Source: Minisyncoccota bacterium (GTDB lineage Bacteria > Patescibacteriota > Minisyncoccia > Phycocordibacterales > UBA2100). From it: a stretch of DNA of 64,000 nt. The position numbers and the translations under genes were made by a program. How positions within the stretch are numbered: the stretch's first letter is position 1; every line of letters begins with the position of its first letter. This document shows positions 1 to 10,019 of the stretch, in pieces. The stretch spans positions 149,047 to 213,046 of the forward strand of contig JALHPE010000002.1 of the NCBI GenBank assembly GCA_022842645.1. Reading direction: 5' to 3'. Below the pieces are notes generated by a model. That model ran no database searches. It worked only from the letters and a program-made list of their open reading frames with translations, and was not told the DNA's origin.

Positions 1-743
<743 letters not shown>

Positions 744-785
744 TCATATGCTCCGAGCGCAGCGGTGATATAAATATATAAACGT

Positions 786-1721
786 TTAGAGTGAAATTGT
801 CTCGCCGTAGGTGGCGGTATAGCGTTCTGCTAGATCGGTCTTTGAGAAGCGATGGGCTTGGGTGCCGGCCTTTTCCACACAATAGGCGGCTGTTGCGCTT
901 CCGAGCTGCGCGCACTTCTGTGGTGCCCAGCCAAGGGTCATGCCTTTTATGTAGCCGGCGCGGTAGGCGTCCCCTGCGCCAGTCGGATCAATCACTTCTT
1001 TTGCAAAAACCGGCTTCACAAGTGTCTCTCCTTCCCTTGTGATGACACGAGAGCCCTGAGCACCAAGCGTTACGATAAGAGTCTTGGCTACACGCAGTAT
1101 CTCTGGCTCCCTCCACCCCGTTGCTACTTTGATAAGTTCGAATTCGTAATCGTTGACGAAAACTACTTCGGCGTCGGTTATGCCATTACGTATATCGTCT
1201 GCTGTCAGAGCGGGTATCGATTGCCCGGGGTCAAACAGGAAGCGAGAACCATAGCCACGGTAGATATCCGGGAGGGCGCGGATATCGTCGATACATCCGG
1301 CGGAAATGAGGGCAATTGCATTCTCTCCCGGATTTACATCGCCATAGGGCACCGCCCCAGCACCCGGATGGAACGCGGCAATCTGGTTGTCCCCCTTATC
1401 GGTCACGATATAGGCAAACGAGGTCTTCTTTCCTTGATCAACATGAATACTCTTCGTAGAGATCCCTACCGACTCAAGGTATTTTTGGTACCGCTCAAAA
1501 TCATTCCCCACTGTTGCAAGAATAGTAGGCTTCTCGCCAAGAAGCGCGAGTGAATATGCCACGTTCGCCGCGGTGCCGCCGAAATGCTCGTCGTGATCAG
1601 GCACAAAAAAACTAACGTTGATGTTGTGCAGTTTCTCGGGTAAAAAATGATCCTTGAAAAACCCAGGAAGATCCATGATGTGGTCGTAGGCGATGGAGCC
1701 GGAGAGAAAAATGGAGGACAT
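786..1721 (-). CDS. PfkB-family carbohydrate/nucleoside kinase, probably adenosine kinase
   Basis: ORF 786..1745; likely start MSSIFLSGSIAYDHIM; PfkB motifs (GGTAANVA, DPTGAGDA). Adjacent to ahcY, consistent with adenosine salvage. Confidence 0.7.
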   Translation of the reverse strand: MSSIFLSGSIAYDHIMDLPGFFKDHFLPEKLHNINVSFFVPDHDEHFGGTAANVAYSLALLGEKPTILATVGNDFERYQKYLESVGISTKSIHVDQGKKTSFAYIVTDKGDNQIAAFHPGAGAVPYGDVNPGENAIALISAGCIDDIRALPDIYRGYGSRFLFDPGQSIPALTADDIRNGITDAEVVFVNDYEFELIKVATGWREPEILRVAKTLIVTLGAQGSRVITREGETLVKPVFAKEVIDPTGAGDAYRAGYIKGMTLGWAPQKCAQLGSATAAYCVEKAGTQAHRFSKTDLAERYTATYGETISL

Positions 1722-1825
1722 GGGAGAAAGTATAAGTTTCAGCACTTATTTTGCCTATTCTTGAAAACGTGTTATAGTAAAAAAAGTGCATGCGTATCAA
1801 CCGACTCAGCAAAAAGGATTAAACT

Positions 1826-2153
1826 GATGCTAAGCGAACTCGAACGAAAGCGTTTTCTGCGCATAGCTAATCGAATCGGGGCAAATCTTTCGAATTACGA
1901 AGAAGGAATGCGACAGATCAACGGCTCTGTGGCAGAACTACACCGACTCGTCGGCGATTACGCCGAGCGCCTCAGAAAAGTACCGGGAGCGGATACGCTC
2001 GCAATAGATCAGATCATTGCAGAGTCGGAGGCCGCTTTTCGTGTATTCGAAGATCCTAAAGTAATACCAGCACTTGATGCTGTACTTCTGACGTTTGGAG
2101 ATTCCGCGGAAACTCTTGCAAAAATGACCTCGGCAATTCCCACAGACGAGTAA
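1826..2153 (+). CDS. hypothetical protein
   Basis: Internal ATG (MLSELERKRFL...) of ORF 1647..2153; the upstream part overlaps the kinase gene. Confidence 0.4.
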
Positions 2154-2211
2154 ACTTGTCGTGTCGCTACTTGATTGTGGCGACACGATCTTTTTAATAC
2201 ACTCTCGATAT

Positions 2212-2835
2212 ATGGAAACGCACCATTTCTCAGACTCCCTTTCTTTCCTTGCAAAGTATCCGTGTTTTAAAGCCCTCATCAAAAAACACGGACATCCCGA
2301 TCTTTCCGATTACTTTCCCAAAACCGGTGGTGTATTTGGATCCATTGTACGATCCATCACCTATCAACAGATTTCCGGCAAAGCCGCTGGGGCGATTTAT
2401 GCGCGGTTCGCCAAACTCTTCCCCCGCAAAACACCAACTCCAGACAGGCTTTTGAAGCTTTCCGAAGCACAACTTCGTGCCTGTGGATTCTCTACTCAAA
2501 AAATAAAATACCTGCGCGATGCGGCGATTAAATTTTCTGACGGCACGATAAACCCCAAGCGTTTCCCAAAGATGACAAGCGAGGAAATTATCGAACATTT
2601 CGTGCAAATACACGGTGTTGGCGTTTGGACGGCACACATGGTGCTTATTTTCACCCTGCACCGCTTGGATATCCTACCAACGGGTGATCTTGCTATTCGC
2701 AAAGGGTTTCAAAAAGTGTATCGACTCAAGTCACTTCCCTCTCCTGCGGAAATGGAAAAACTTGCACGTCCCTGGCGCGCCCATGCCTCAGTCGCTTCTT
2801 GGTATTTGTGGCGGGTGGTGGATGAAAAAAAATAA
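2212..2835 (+). CDS. alkA: DNA-3-methyladenine glycosylase II (HhH-GPD family, AlkA-like)
   Basis: HhH-GPD signature HGVGVWTAHMVLIFTL...LPTGDLAIRKG; start at METHHF. Confidence 0.7.
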   Translation: METHHFSDSLSFLAKYPCFKALIKKHGHPDLSDYFPKTGGVFGSIVRSITYQQISGKAAGAIYARFAKLFPRKTPTPDRLLKLSEAQLRACGFSTQKIKYLRDAAIKFSDGTINPKRFPKMTSEEIIEHFVQIHGVGVWTAHMVLIFTLHRLDILPTGDLAIRKGFQKVYRLKSLPSPAEMEKLARPWRAHASVASWYLWRVVDEKK

Positions 2836-2857
2836 GAATGACTGTAAAGAGCGAATG

Positions 2858-3550
2858 TCAGATCTCTTTGTCTTTTAAAATGGATGATTCACTATCGCTT
2901 AATAAGCCGTCTTTCATCCAAATAACTCGATCTACATATTTTTTATCTTCTGGCTCATGGGTAATCATGAGGATGGTTTGTTCCAGTTCTTTGTTGAGTT
3001 TTTGAAACAGTTTTAACACAACTACAGAGGCTTCAGTGTCGAGATTCGCCGTCGCCTCGTCTGCAAAAAGCACCTCGGGGTCATTGATAAGCGCGCGAGC
3101 GATTGCGACACGTTGCTGCTCACCCCCTGAAAGTTCTTTCGGATAATGATCGAGACGGTGTCCGAGACCAACAAGACCGAGAAGTTTCGTGGCCTTGTCT
3201 TTATCCCACACTCCCCCATGAAGCACCGAGGCCGGAAAACCGACATTTTCCAAGGCGGTGAATTCCGCAATAAGCGCATATTCTTGAAACACATAGCCAA
3301 GTCGTTGTAAGCGAAATTGTGTTTTTTCTTCATCAGAAAGATGCAATACATCCGTGCCACCGATGCGGATAGAACCTGCCGTTGGCGTGTCAATAAGTCC
3401 GAGCTGATGAAGGAGCGTTGATTTACCGCAACCGCTTCGCCCCATCAGAGCAACAAACTCACCCTTTTTAATATCGAACGAGACGCCGCGCAGGGCAAAT
3501 GTTGGCACTGCCCCCGGATACGTTTTTTCCAAATTTTTTACTGAAATCAT
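2858..3550 (-). CDS. ABC transporter ATP-binding protein (MacB/LolD-like)
   Basis: Walker A GRSGCGKST, ABC signature LSGGEQQR, Walker B LFADE. Confidence 0.85.
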   Translation of the reverse strand: MISVKNLEKTYPGAVPTFALRGVSFDIKKGEFVALMGRSGCGKSTLLHQLGLIDTPTAGSIRIGGTDVLHLSDEEKTQFRLQRLGYVFQEYALIAEFTALENVGFPASVLHGGVWDKDKATKLLGLVGLGHRLDHYPKELSGGEQQRVAIARALINDPEVLFADEATANLDTEASVVVLKLFQKLNKELEQTILMITHEPEDKKYVDRVIWMKDGLLSDSESSILKDKEI

Positions 3551-3559
3551 ATGCGTGTC

Positions 3560-4780
3560 CTACCCCCAGATTGCCTGGAGGATTGATTCTTTGGTAACAA
3601 TACGCGACGGAACGAGGCCGCCAAGAAATCCCGCAATCATAAGAGCGAGCACGCTATACGAGATCTGGAACTGAGTAAGAACCAAGCTCGTGCCACCAAA
3701 TGGTAATTGGATTGGATGTACATTGAGATACGGCTGGACGATACCAAACACCAAAATCGAACCAACCGCGATACCGCACACCGCATAAAAGAGCGACTGG
3801 AGAATGTATGAGTACACGATGATTGAGGGCGTGATGCCGATTGCTCGCAAGATCCCTATCTGGCGTTTCTTATTTATGGCGTTCACATATACGAGCACAA
3901 ATATCGTCACTGTGGCAACAGCAATCGAAATAACACTCACGAAGATGCCGATCAGATTGAAGGCATTGAGCAGTGTCCCGATATCAGCAAGAAGTTCTAT
4001 ATAACTCTTAATCTCGAGTGTCGGGAAAAGTGATTGCAGTCTGTCGCGAAGCTCGTTGATTTCAATTTTTTCCTCATTCATTTTCAAGGAAATTGACGAT
4101 GCTGCATTGAACGTGCCGAGAATCGACTCGGCTTCTTGTGTACTCACAAACGCTTGTGAGTTTGCTGGACCAAGACCCGATTCGGATATCCCGACTACGG
4201 TGTATGTTCTTGTGCCGGATGAAAAGGTGACCAATACTTTGTCTCCAATAGTTACTCCTCCCAAATCTCGATCGCTCGGGCCGGATCCACCACCCGCAAG
4301 TCCCGAACCGAGAACAATCTCATCCTTTCTCAGGGGATTAAACATGCGCCCTTCTATGATCGTTTCTGCCGTCTTAAAAACGCCTGATTCTTCATCGATG
4401 TCTATACCGTTCACATTCGCGGAAACGTAGGTATATTTACCGTCTTTTTCTTTATCATAGGCAAACGAACCGTTCACACTGTATCTGCGCACCGTCGCCG
4501 TCACCCCCGGTATTGTTTCGATTTGTGCACGGACGATGTCCTGATTTTCGATAAAATCTTTCTTTGTTGGTTCCTCCTGTGGACGAACTTGTATATCGCC
4601 TGTTGCGGTAGTGCGTACGCCTTCAGTGATACTGCTCCCAAGGCCACCAAGAATGCCTGTAATGAATAATATGTTTAAGAAGGAGAAGGAAAGAATACAG
4701 ACAAGCAGTATGGCCGTGGATTTGTTGCCCTGGGTTATGGTTTTATAGGCTAAAAAGAAAGCCGAACGAAACGTTTTCAT
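3560..4780 (-). CDS. ABC transporter permease, FtsX/MacB family
   Basis: N-terminal TM, large periplasmic domain and C-terminal 3-TM FtsX-like region; forms an operon with the adjacent ATPase. Confidence 0.75.
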   Translation of the reverse strand: MKTFRSAFFLAYKTITQGNKSTAILLVCILSFSFLNILFITGILGGLGSSITEGVRTTATGDIQVRPQEEPTKKDFIENQDIVRAQIETIPGVTATVRRYSVNGSFAYDKEKDGKYTYVSANVNGIDIDEESGVFKTAETIIEGRMFNPLRKDEIVLGSGLAGGGSGPSDRDLGGVTIGDKVLVTFSSGTRTYTVVGISESGLGPANSQAFVSTQEAESILGTFNAASSISLKMNEEKIEINELRDRLQSLFPTLEIKSYIELLADIGTLLNAFNLIGIFVSVISIAVATVTIFVLVYVNAINKKRQIGILRAIGITPSIIVYSYILQSLFYAVCGIAVGSILVFGIVQPYLNVHPIQLPFGGTSLVLTQFQISYSVLALMIAGFLGGLVPSRIVTKESILQAIWG

Positions 4781-4783
4781 GAA

Positions 4784-6358
4784 TCATTTTTTTGCAAGAA
4801 TCACAAGCTCTCCCTCGCGGACGCCGCTCATAATCTCAACATTCCCACGCGCATCGTAAATTCCGGTTGTAATTTCTCGCTCTTCCTCGGTGCGACCAGA
4901 CAGTACGCTTACATATTTGAGACCATCGCGCGTCTGTATGGCCCCGGCAGGCACAAAGAGCACCCTTTCTTTTTGAGCGACCTGGATCCAGATGTTCGCA
5001 GTCATACCCGATCGTATGCGCTCATCTTTTTGGTCAAACACCACGGTCGCTTGATAGTAAATAGCACCACTAACATTTGTTTCAGCGGGATCAATATGCG
5101 AAACAGTTCCCTTCCAGTTAAGTTCGGGAAATGCCTCAAGGGAGATGCGCACGGATTGACCAACGCGCACGAGCGCAACATTATTTTCAGAAACGTTGAT
5201 GGTGATCTGGAACGTTGCATCAGGGATCATTGAGACGATGGTGTTATTCGCTGCAACATTTTCTCCCAGTTCAGCTGTAGTGTTTGTTATGGTTCCCTTG
5301 ACTGGCGCATAAATGGCATAGTCGTTTCGCTCCGCAATGACTTGCTCAAGCGATGCACGGGCTTGTGCAATCTGGCCTTCATACACCTGAATGTCCACCG
5401 GTCGTGGAGAGGAGGTTTTGGAGCGTAACTGATTTTGCGCAGTGACAAGTGATGATTCTGCAGATCGCAACGTCCCCTGATGAGCAGTTAAATTCGTAAG
5501 CGTTGTGTTTATCGTCGTTCGAGCGGTCGCAACATTGGTTTTGTACGTATCGATATTTGTCTGCGTCACTCCACCACCTACAACCGCGGCGTTTACTAAA
5601 AGCGAAAGGTCGTCAAGATAATTGGCAACCATATTGATATTTTGGATGGCTGTGTCTCCCTTCATCACTATCGAATCTAAAGTGGAGAGCGCAGCTATGT
5701 CGGTTTGCCAGGCAATAAGCATAGATTCAAGCGCAACTCGTTCATCCTCGACGTCGAGTTGAAGCTGAGAGTCCGGAACAAGAAAAAGCAGTTGGGGGTA
5801 ACTCTTGCGTGGGTTCAAGAACATAACATCCGTCTTTGTGCGCACTGCATCGTCGGCTTTTGAAAACGCATCGCGAATAGTTGCGGCGAGATTTTGTTCA
5901 GCGTTTTTGCGCGCGGCTTCTGCGGCGATCACGCTTGATTGCGTAATGGCGATATCTTCTTGCGTTGCCCCCACGATAAGTTGTTCCAGTTTTGCTTTCT
6001 GAATATCAAGCGCCGCGTCCATGCTTGCTATCTGAGATTCAATCTGACGCGCATCAAGCTGGGCTAATAGCTGCCCCTGCTCCACCGAGTCCCCGGCCGA
6101 GACGGGGATTGATTTTATTTTTCCTGCCGCCTTAAAAGCGAGACTAATATTTGACGGACTTTCAACCGCACCATTTGCAGAAACCTCTTGCGTCAGCGTG
6201 CCTTTCTCTACTGGTGCTGTGGTATACAAATCGGCGTAGAGTATTGGCTGGAGTATCAAAAAAACAATTACAAAAAGTGGTACGAAAGCGATGAATACGG
6301 TTGTCCATGTATGCGATTTAAGGTACGCAACCACACCGGTAAGTAGATTTGTGTTCAT
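4784..6358 (-). CDS. efflux periplasmic adaptor subunit (HlyD/MacA family)
   Basis: N-terminal TM (start MNTNLLTGVVAYL...), long coiled-coil region and a beta-barrel C-terminus; lies upstream of the permease and ATPase. Confidence 0.7.
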   Translation of the reverse strand: MNTNLLTGVVAYLKSHTWTTVFIAFVPLFVIVFLILQPILYADLYTTAPVEKGTLTQEVSANGAVESPSNISLAFKAAGKIKSIPVSAGDSVEQGQLLAQLDARQIESQIASMDAALDIQKAKLEQLIVGATQEDIAITQSSVIAAEAARKNAEQNLAATIRDAFSKADDAVRTKTDVMFLNPRKSYPQLLFLVPDSQLQLDVEDERVALESMLIAWQTDIAALSTLDSIVMKGDTAIQNINMVANYLDDLSLLVNAAVVGGGVTQTNIDTYKTNVATARTTINTTLTNLTAHQGTLRSAESSLVTAQNQLRSKTSSPRPVDIQVYEGQIAQARASLEQVIAERNDYAIYAPVKGTITNTTAELGENVAANNTIVSMIPDATFQITINVSENNVALVRVGQSVRISLEAFPELNWKGTVSHIDPAETNVSGAIYYQATVVFDQKDERIRSGMTANIWIQVAQKERVLFVPAGAIQTRDGLKYVSVLSGRTEEEREITTGIYDARGNVEIMSGVREGELVILAKK

Positions 6359-6486
6359 ATGCAGGCATAGTGTAATATGAATTATCTTTACAGTAAAGAT
6401 AATATGTGGACAACGCAAACCGGGGTAGACATCTCTACGGATAAAGATACTTTGAAGTCCTGCTAAAGTTGTGGAAAGATACACAT

Positions 6487-6948
6487 ATGTCAGATATATC
6501 AAACAAACGACGTGAGGTGATGGAAGGCATGAGATCGTCTAATGAGACCGCGCTTAAGTTTTTGCGCATTTCGGCGGAACGTTCGGGCCTCCACCCTACC
6601 GATATGCGATCATTAGAGTTTCTTGCAAATAAAGAGGTTGCAACGGCGGGTGAACTATCGGCGTTTCTTGGCCTTACTTCGGGCGCAACAACGGCGCTTA
6701 TAAATCGTCTTGAAAAGCTCGAGATGATTGTTCGGAACGCAGATACCCACGACAAACGCATTATTCATATCCGCACGAATCCTCACAAGGCACTCACTCC
6801 CATGCTTCTCATGGGGCGGTTTATTAAGAAATTAGAGAAGTTTTTAGAAAAATATTCGGAGTCCGAGCTTGATGTAATCGCACGATGGAATGCCGACGTC
6901 GATGCCGCGTTTAAGAAAAGCACTGAAGATCTACTCAAATCGAAATAA
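6487..6948 (+). CDS. MarR-family transcriptional regulator
   Basis: Winged-HTH MarR-like sequence (ATAGELSAFLGLTSGATTALINRLEKLEMIVR...DKRI); divergent from the efflux operon. Confidence 0.65.
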   Translation: MSDISNKRREVMEGMRSSNETALKFLRISAERSGLHPTDMRSLEFLANKEVATAGELSAFLGLTSGATTALINRLEKLEMIVRNADTHDKRIIHIRTNPHKALTPMLLMGRFIKKLEKFLEKYSESELDVIARWNADVDAAFKKSTEDLLKSK

Positions 6949-7019
6949 CTAACCATGCTGCACTCATATTGCCATCAAGGTGTTTCCCCTATTATCGCCC
7001 ACTCAATGGGAAGGCACTT

Positions 7020-7650
7020 CGCTTAGAGTCAAAAAATTGACCTGCGGAATTTTTTGAACAAATCATATACTTTGCGCGAACCTTTTTCGAGGGGCGAAGC
7101 CCCTGACTTCGCACGCGCCGCGTGCGTGGTGGCTTGAGACCGCCAAGTACGCTCCGATCGCGCTGACAAGCGCCTCGGCGTGCGCGAGGACGCGCGCTGC
7201 AACCCCAAACATTTCCTTTCAATTTTTTGCGGCTCCCCCCTGACCCCCCGCCGAAAAGCGAAAAACAGAGGAAAGGAAATGTTTGGGTTGCTTCGCCGTT
7301 TTGAAAACTCCACAAGGGGCAACAAAGGCAAAGCCAATGAAGCCCCTTGCTCCGTAATCAAAACGGCGATCGAGACGCTTCAATGCGGTCTGCGTAAGGC
7401 GCAGTCATATTTGTTTATGTGCCTTGCCCCACCCGCCCAGTGCGCGGCGCGAAACCCGCCGCTACGCGGCGGCTCCCTGTGGATAACTCGCCTTGCGGCG
7501 ACATATACGTTTCGTATAATAATCGTGCGAGGCGGTTCTTTGAAAATCAATTCAGTGTTAGCGGCTATTCAATCGAAGATTGAGATGAACGCGCAAGCGC
7601 GCATCTGACCCCTCCCAAACGCGGAGGACACATTGCCCCGGCCATGTACA
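7020..7650. ncRNA. GC-rich, hairpin-dense non-coding region; candidate structured RNA (retron msr/msd-like or other large ncRNA); strand unknown
   Basis: No credible ORF; the six-frame ORFs here are Arg/Pro-rich artefacts of GC-rich DNA. Many perfect stems: GGGGCGAAGCCCC (7092-7108), CGCACGCGCCGCGTGCG (7115-7131), 21-bp inverted repeat GCAACCCCAAACATTTCCTTTC/GAAAGGAAATGTTTGGGTTGC (7199-7220 with 7276-7296), nested CGCCGTTTTGA/TCAAAACGGCG (7298-7308 with 7367-7377), CCGCCGC-TAC-GCGGCGG. It lies directly upstream of the HTH-RT gene pair. Confidence 0.4.
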
Positions 7651-7811
7651 TGCATTCGCATCACTACGATGCAGGCATGAACGTAGTAGGCGCACACATT
7701 GTCGTTGAACGACGCAGTGATTTAGTCATGTTAGTCATCCAGGCGAAGCATGTCAGCAGTTATATAAACTGCAATATAAATTGCTAGAAGTTCAAGAGGC
7801 AGGGACTATCC

Positions 7812-7878
7812 AAAATCGCGGTTACCAAACTCCCGTTTTGGGTATTACCGGATGCCCCCGATCGAAATTGGTAACCGC
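7812..7878. repeat. 11-13 bp inverted repeat ATCGCGGTTACCAA / TTGGTAACCGCGA enclosing a 41-nt loop
   Basis: Perfect inverted repeat read from the sequence, about 215 bp upstream of the HTH gene. Confidence 0.5.
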
Positions 7879-8092
7879 GAGAGTAGGATATGTCCCACAA
7901 CTTTATTAGCAGTCCGTCTCGTTAGCTAATGGATGTGGCCTATGAAAGACATTCGTATCTCACCTGAATTGTGGCATCCGTATCACGAGCCGGTTATCGC
8001 CTTACATGAGGTTTCTCAAGCTCTTGTGGCTTATCCTCCGGATAATCCGCATCTTGTACGACCTTTGGCGGTAATCGGCTCGTAGTCTTCCC

Positions 8093-8413
8093 ATGTATTC
8101 ATTCCCAGAACTAATCAAAAAAATACGAGAAGCGGCCGGCATGACGCAGGCCGATTTTGCGCGGGCGCTCGGCGTATCCGCCGTGCTAATTGCAATGGTG
8201 GAAACTGGGCAAAAAGAGGTTTCTAAAAATTTGCTTCGCAAAATTGCCGAGCAGTTAGATGTGCATCCGTCCTCCATAACACCTTTCCTGTTCGCGGATG
8301 AGAAAAAAGATACCCTGTCGCCAGTCGAGAAAAAGTTTATTCAGTGGGGCGAGCAACTACAGGAGCATTTGATAAAAGACCGTGCAAAACTTCTCAAAAA
8401 CCATGCGGCGTAG
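8093..8413 (+). CDS. XRE-family helix-turn-helix protein (Cro/C1-type)
   Basis: HTH_3-like GMTQADFARALGVSAVLIAMVETGQKEVSKNLLRKIAEQLDV; its stop overlaps the RT start (ccATGcggcgTAG). Confidence 0.7.
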   Translation: MYSFPELIKKIREAAGMTQADFARALGVSAVLIAMVETGQKEVSKNLLRKIAEQLDVHPSSITPFLFADEKKDTLSPVEKKFIQWGEQLQEHLIKDRAKLLKNHAA

Positions 8414-9401
8414 GCGATACCCAAAAATCCATATACAGAGCAAGAACGAGCTGGCAAAGCATATAGACAGCGCACGTCTCCCATATGAGAAAGCCCTGTC
8501 GCTCATAAACGATGTGCAAACTAACTTTGATACTTACTGGAAAGACCACCCTACGCAGTCCAAACCAGATAAACGTAAATGGGTACGAAATGCCGCAGGC
8601 ACACCTCTCGCACGGCTTCTTGATTTGATAAACGCAAAAGTTCTCACCCCCGCCGATCTGCTATTGCCAAGTTTCATCTTTGGCGGGATTGGCGGTTTGA
8701 ACCATAAAGCTGCCGTATTACATCTGCTCGGCAATAAGCGAAAACGGATTTTACTCAAACTAGATATAACGAGGTTTTTTGAGCAGATACGCCACGAGCG
8801 GGTCTATCACTTTTTCCGCGATAAGTGCAAATGCAGTGATAAGGGCGCAAAGATACTTGCTGACCTTTGCTGTGTCCGCCACGGCCCGAAGGAAAAACCG
8901 GACGCATATAAAACGATTGCTCGCGGCTTCGCCACTTCGTCGCGCCTTGCTGTCTGGTGCAATGTAGACACCTTCCTGCGCCTTGAGCGGCTTGTGCAAA
9001 AAGAATTGCGAGGCAAAGACCCCCGCATCGCCGTTTATGTAGACGACATCGGCATTACCGCAAGTAGGGCGTCGAAGGAGGATATGTTGCGGCTATATGT
9101 AAAAATAAAAACACTTTTGGAACAGGACAAGAATCAACCACTACCTCTAAACGACGACAAGACAAAAGTGATCTTCCATAGTGGCGAAACTTATGACAAA
9201 GACGGAAATTATCTTGGTAAATGGGCGTTTGAACATTTGGGCTTGCAGATGAATCGCAACTCCGTAACTATCGGTTCAAAAACGAGGGGAAAACTGGATA
9301 GAGCAACAAGCGAATTAGAAAAAAGTGATAAGAAAGACCAAACAACCAAACGACGCAGAGGAGCGTTCTTGAATTACAAACGGTATATCGAGGCAGAATA
9401 A
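8403..9401 (+). CDS. reverse transcriptase, retron-type-like
   Basis: RT motifs LLKLDITRFF (motif A Asp), RGFATSSRLA (retron QGxxxSPxLA-like), YVDDIG (YxDD), SVTIG (retron VTG-like). About 333 aa, the size of retron RTs. Overlaps the HTH gene by 11 nt. Confidence 0.75.
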   Translation: MRRRRYPKIHIQSKNELAKHIDSARLPYEKALSLINDVQTNFDTYWKDHPTQSKPDKRKWVRNAAGTPLARLLDLINAKVLTPADLLLPSFIFGGIGGLNHKAAVLHLLGNKRKRILLKLDITRFFEQIRHERVYHFFRDKCKCSDKGAKILADLCCVRHGPKEKPDAYKTIARGFATSSRLAVWCNVDTFLRLERLVQKELRGKDPRIAVYVDDIGITASRASKEDMLRLYVKIKTLLEQDKNQPLPLNDDKTKVIFHSGETYDKDGNYLGKWAFEHLGLQMNRNSVTIGSKTRGKLDRATSELEKSDKKDQTTKRRRGAFLNYKRYIEAE

Positions 9402-9409
9402 TTGCGCGA

Positions 9410-9649
9410 TTATACCGTTATTCTCTCGTAAATCATTTTTGAACCCTCCGACTGTCTAGGGAAATTGCCTTTTTCATCTGTGAACGACAGTTCTTTAGCT
9501 GGATGATTTGCTTTTTTCGGGAAAAGCGACAAAATATTTTTGATATCTGTGAATGGTGGTACTTCCAACTTTTCTCCCGCAACTTCTGAGGTATGAGCAC
9601 CTGATGAGAGCGACCCTGTGTTTGGATTTTCCTTCACAAGATTTCCCAT
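9410..9649 (-). CDS. hypothetical small protein (79 aa), convergent with the RT
   Basis: ORF only; weak RBS. Confidence 0.25.
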   Translation of the reverse strand: MGNLVKENPNTGSLSSGAHTSEVAGEKLEVPPFTDIKNILSLFPKKANHPAKELSFTDEKGNFPRQSEGSKMIYERITV

Positions 9650-9841
9650 CGCCTCGGCAGCTATTTGCCGATAAGTACAAACTGCAATTAGGTGTTCGGC
9701 AGTAGTTCATTCGTGATATTTCTCAAGGTCTTCGATTAACTCTTCCGTGAGATTCCACAAAGTATCCCATTTTTGGGAACCTTCTGAATAATCGATTCGC
9801 GGCGCGGCCGCCTCGGCCTTTCGGCCGGAGAAGTATTACTT

Positions 9842-10018
9842 AGTGACTCTAGCGGGAATCGGCCAAGAGCTCGTTTTGATTCCGTCGAATCAAAACTCCT
9901 CTCGGCCCTGCTCGCGCGACCCGTTCTACTAAACGGGTGCCCGCGCTCCCTTTCGATTCCCGCTAGAGGTCTACAAAAATATAGTTGGCCGACACGATGT
10001 GTCGTCCTCGTTATTTTT
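9842..10018. repeat. tRNA-Glu 3'-end partial duplications: direct 19-bp copy GTGACTCTAGCGGGAATCG (9842-9860), inverted copy TTCGATTCCCGCTAGAG (9946-9962), and an intervening hairpin-rich ~158-bp segment
   Basis: Exact 19-mer shared with 10019-10037. The segment between contains the perfect hairpins GTTTTGATTC-CGTC-GAATCAAAAC and ACCCGTT-CTACTAA-AACGGGT. Confidence 0.6.
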
Positions 10019-10019
10019 G

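Noticed and set aside
6992-7608. Three ORFs (107, 110 and 142 aa) inside the GC-rich block.
   Set aside because: They are Arg/Pro/Gly-rich translations of palindromic GC-rich DNA, mutually overlapping with no RBS; the structured-RNA interpretation is favoured.
8382-8402. Upstream start MQNFSKT of the RT ORF.
   Set aside because: The ATG at 8403 overlapping the HTH stop (ATGCGGCGTAG) gives classic translational coupling; the upstream extension lies wholly inside the HTH gene.
8403-9401. Group II intron or diversity-generating retroelement RT.
   Set aside because: The protein is too short for an intron-encoded protein (no maturase or endonuclease domain, no domain V/VI RNA motifs seen). No template-repeat/variable-repeat pair with adenine-specific differences was found near the RT.
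9946-9965. Possible second tRNA on the plus strand (TTCGATTCCCGCTAGAG).
   Set aside because: The preceding sequence cannot form the 5' T-stem, D-arm or anticodon arm; it is only a partial inverted copy of tRNA-Glu. The same applies to 57776-57794 for tRNA-Gln.
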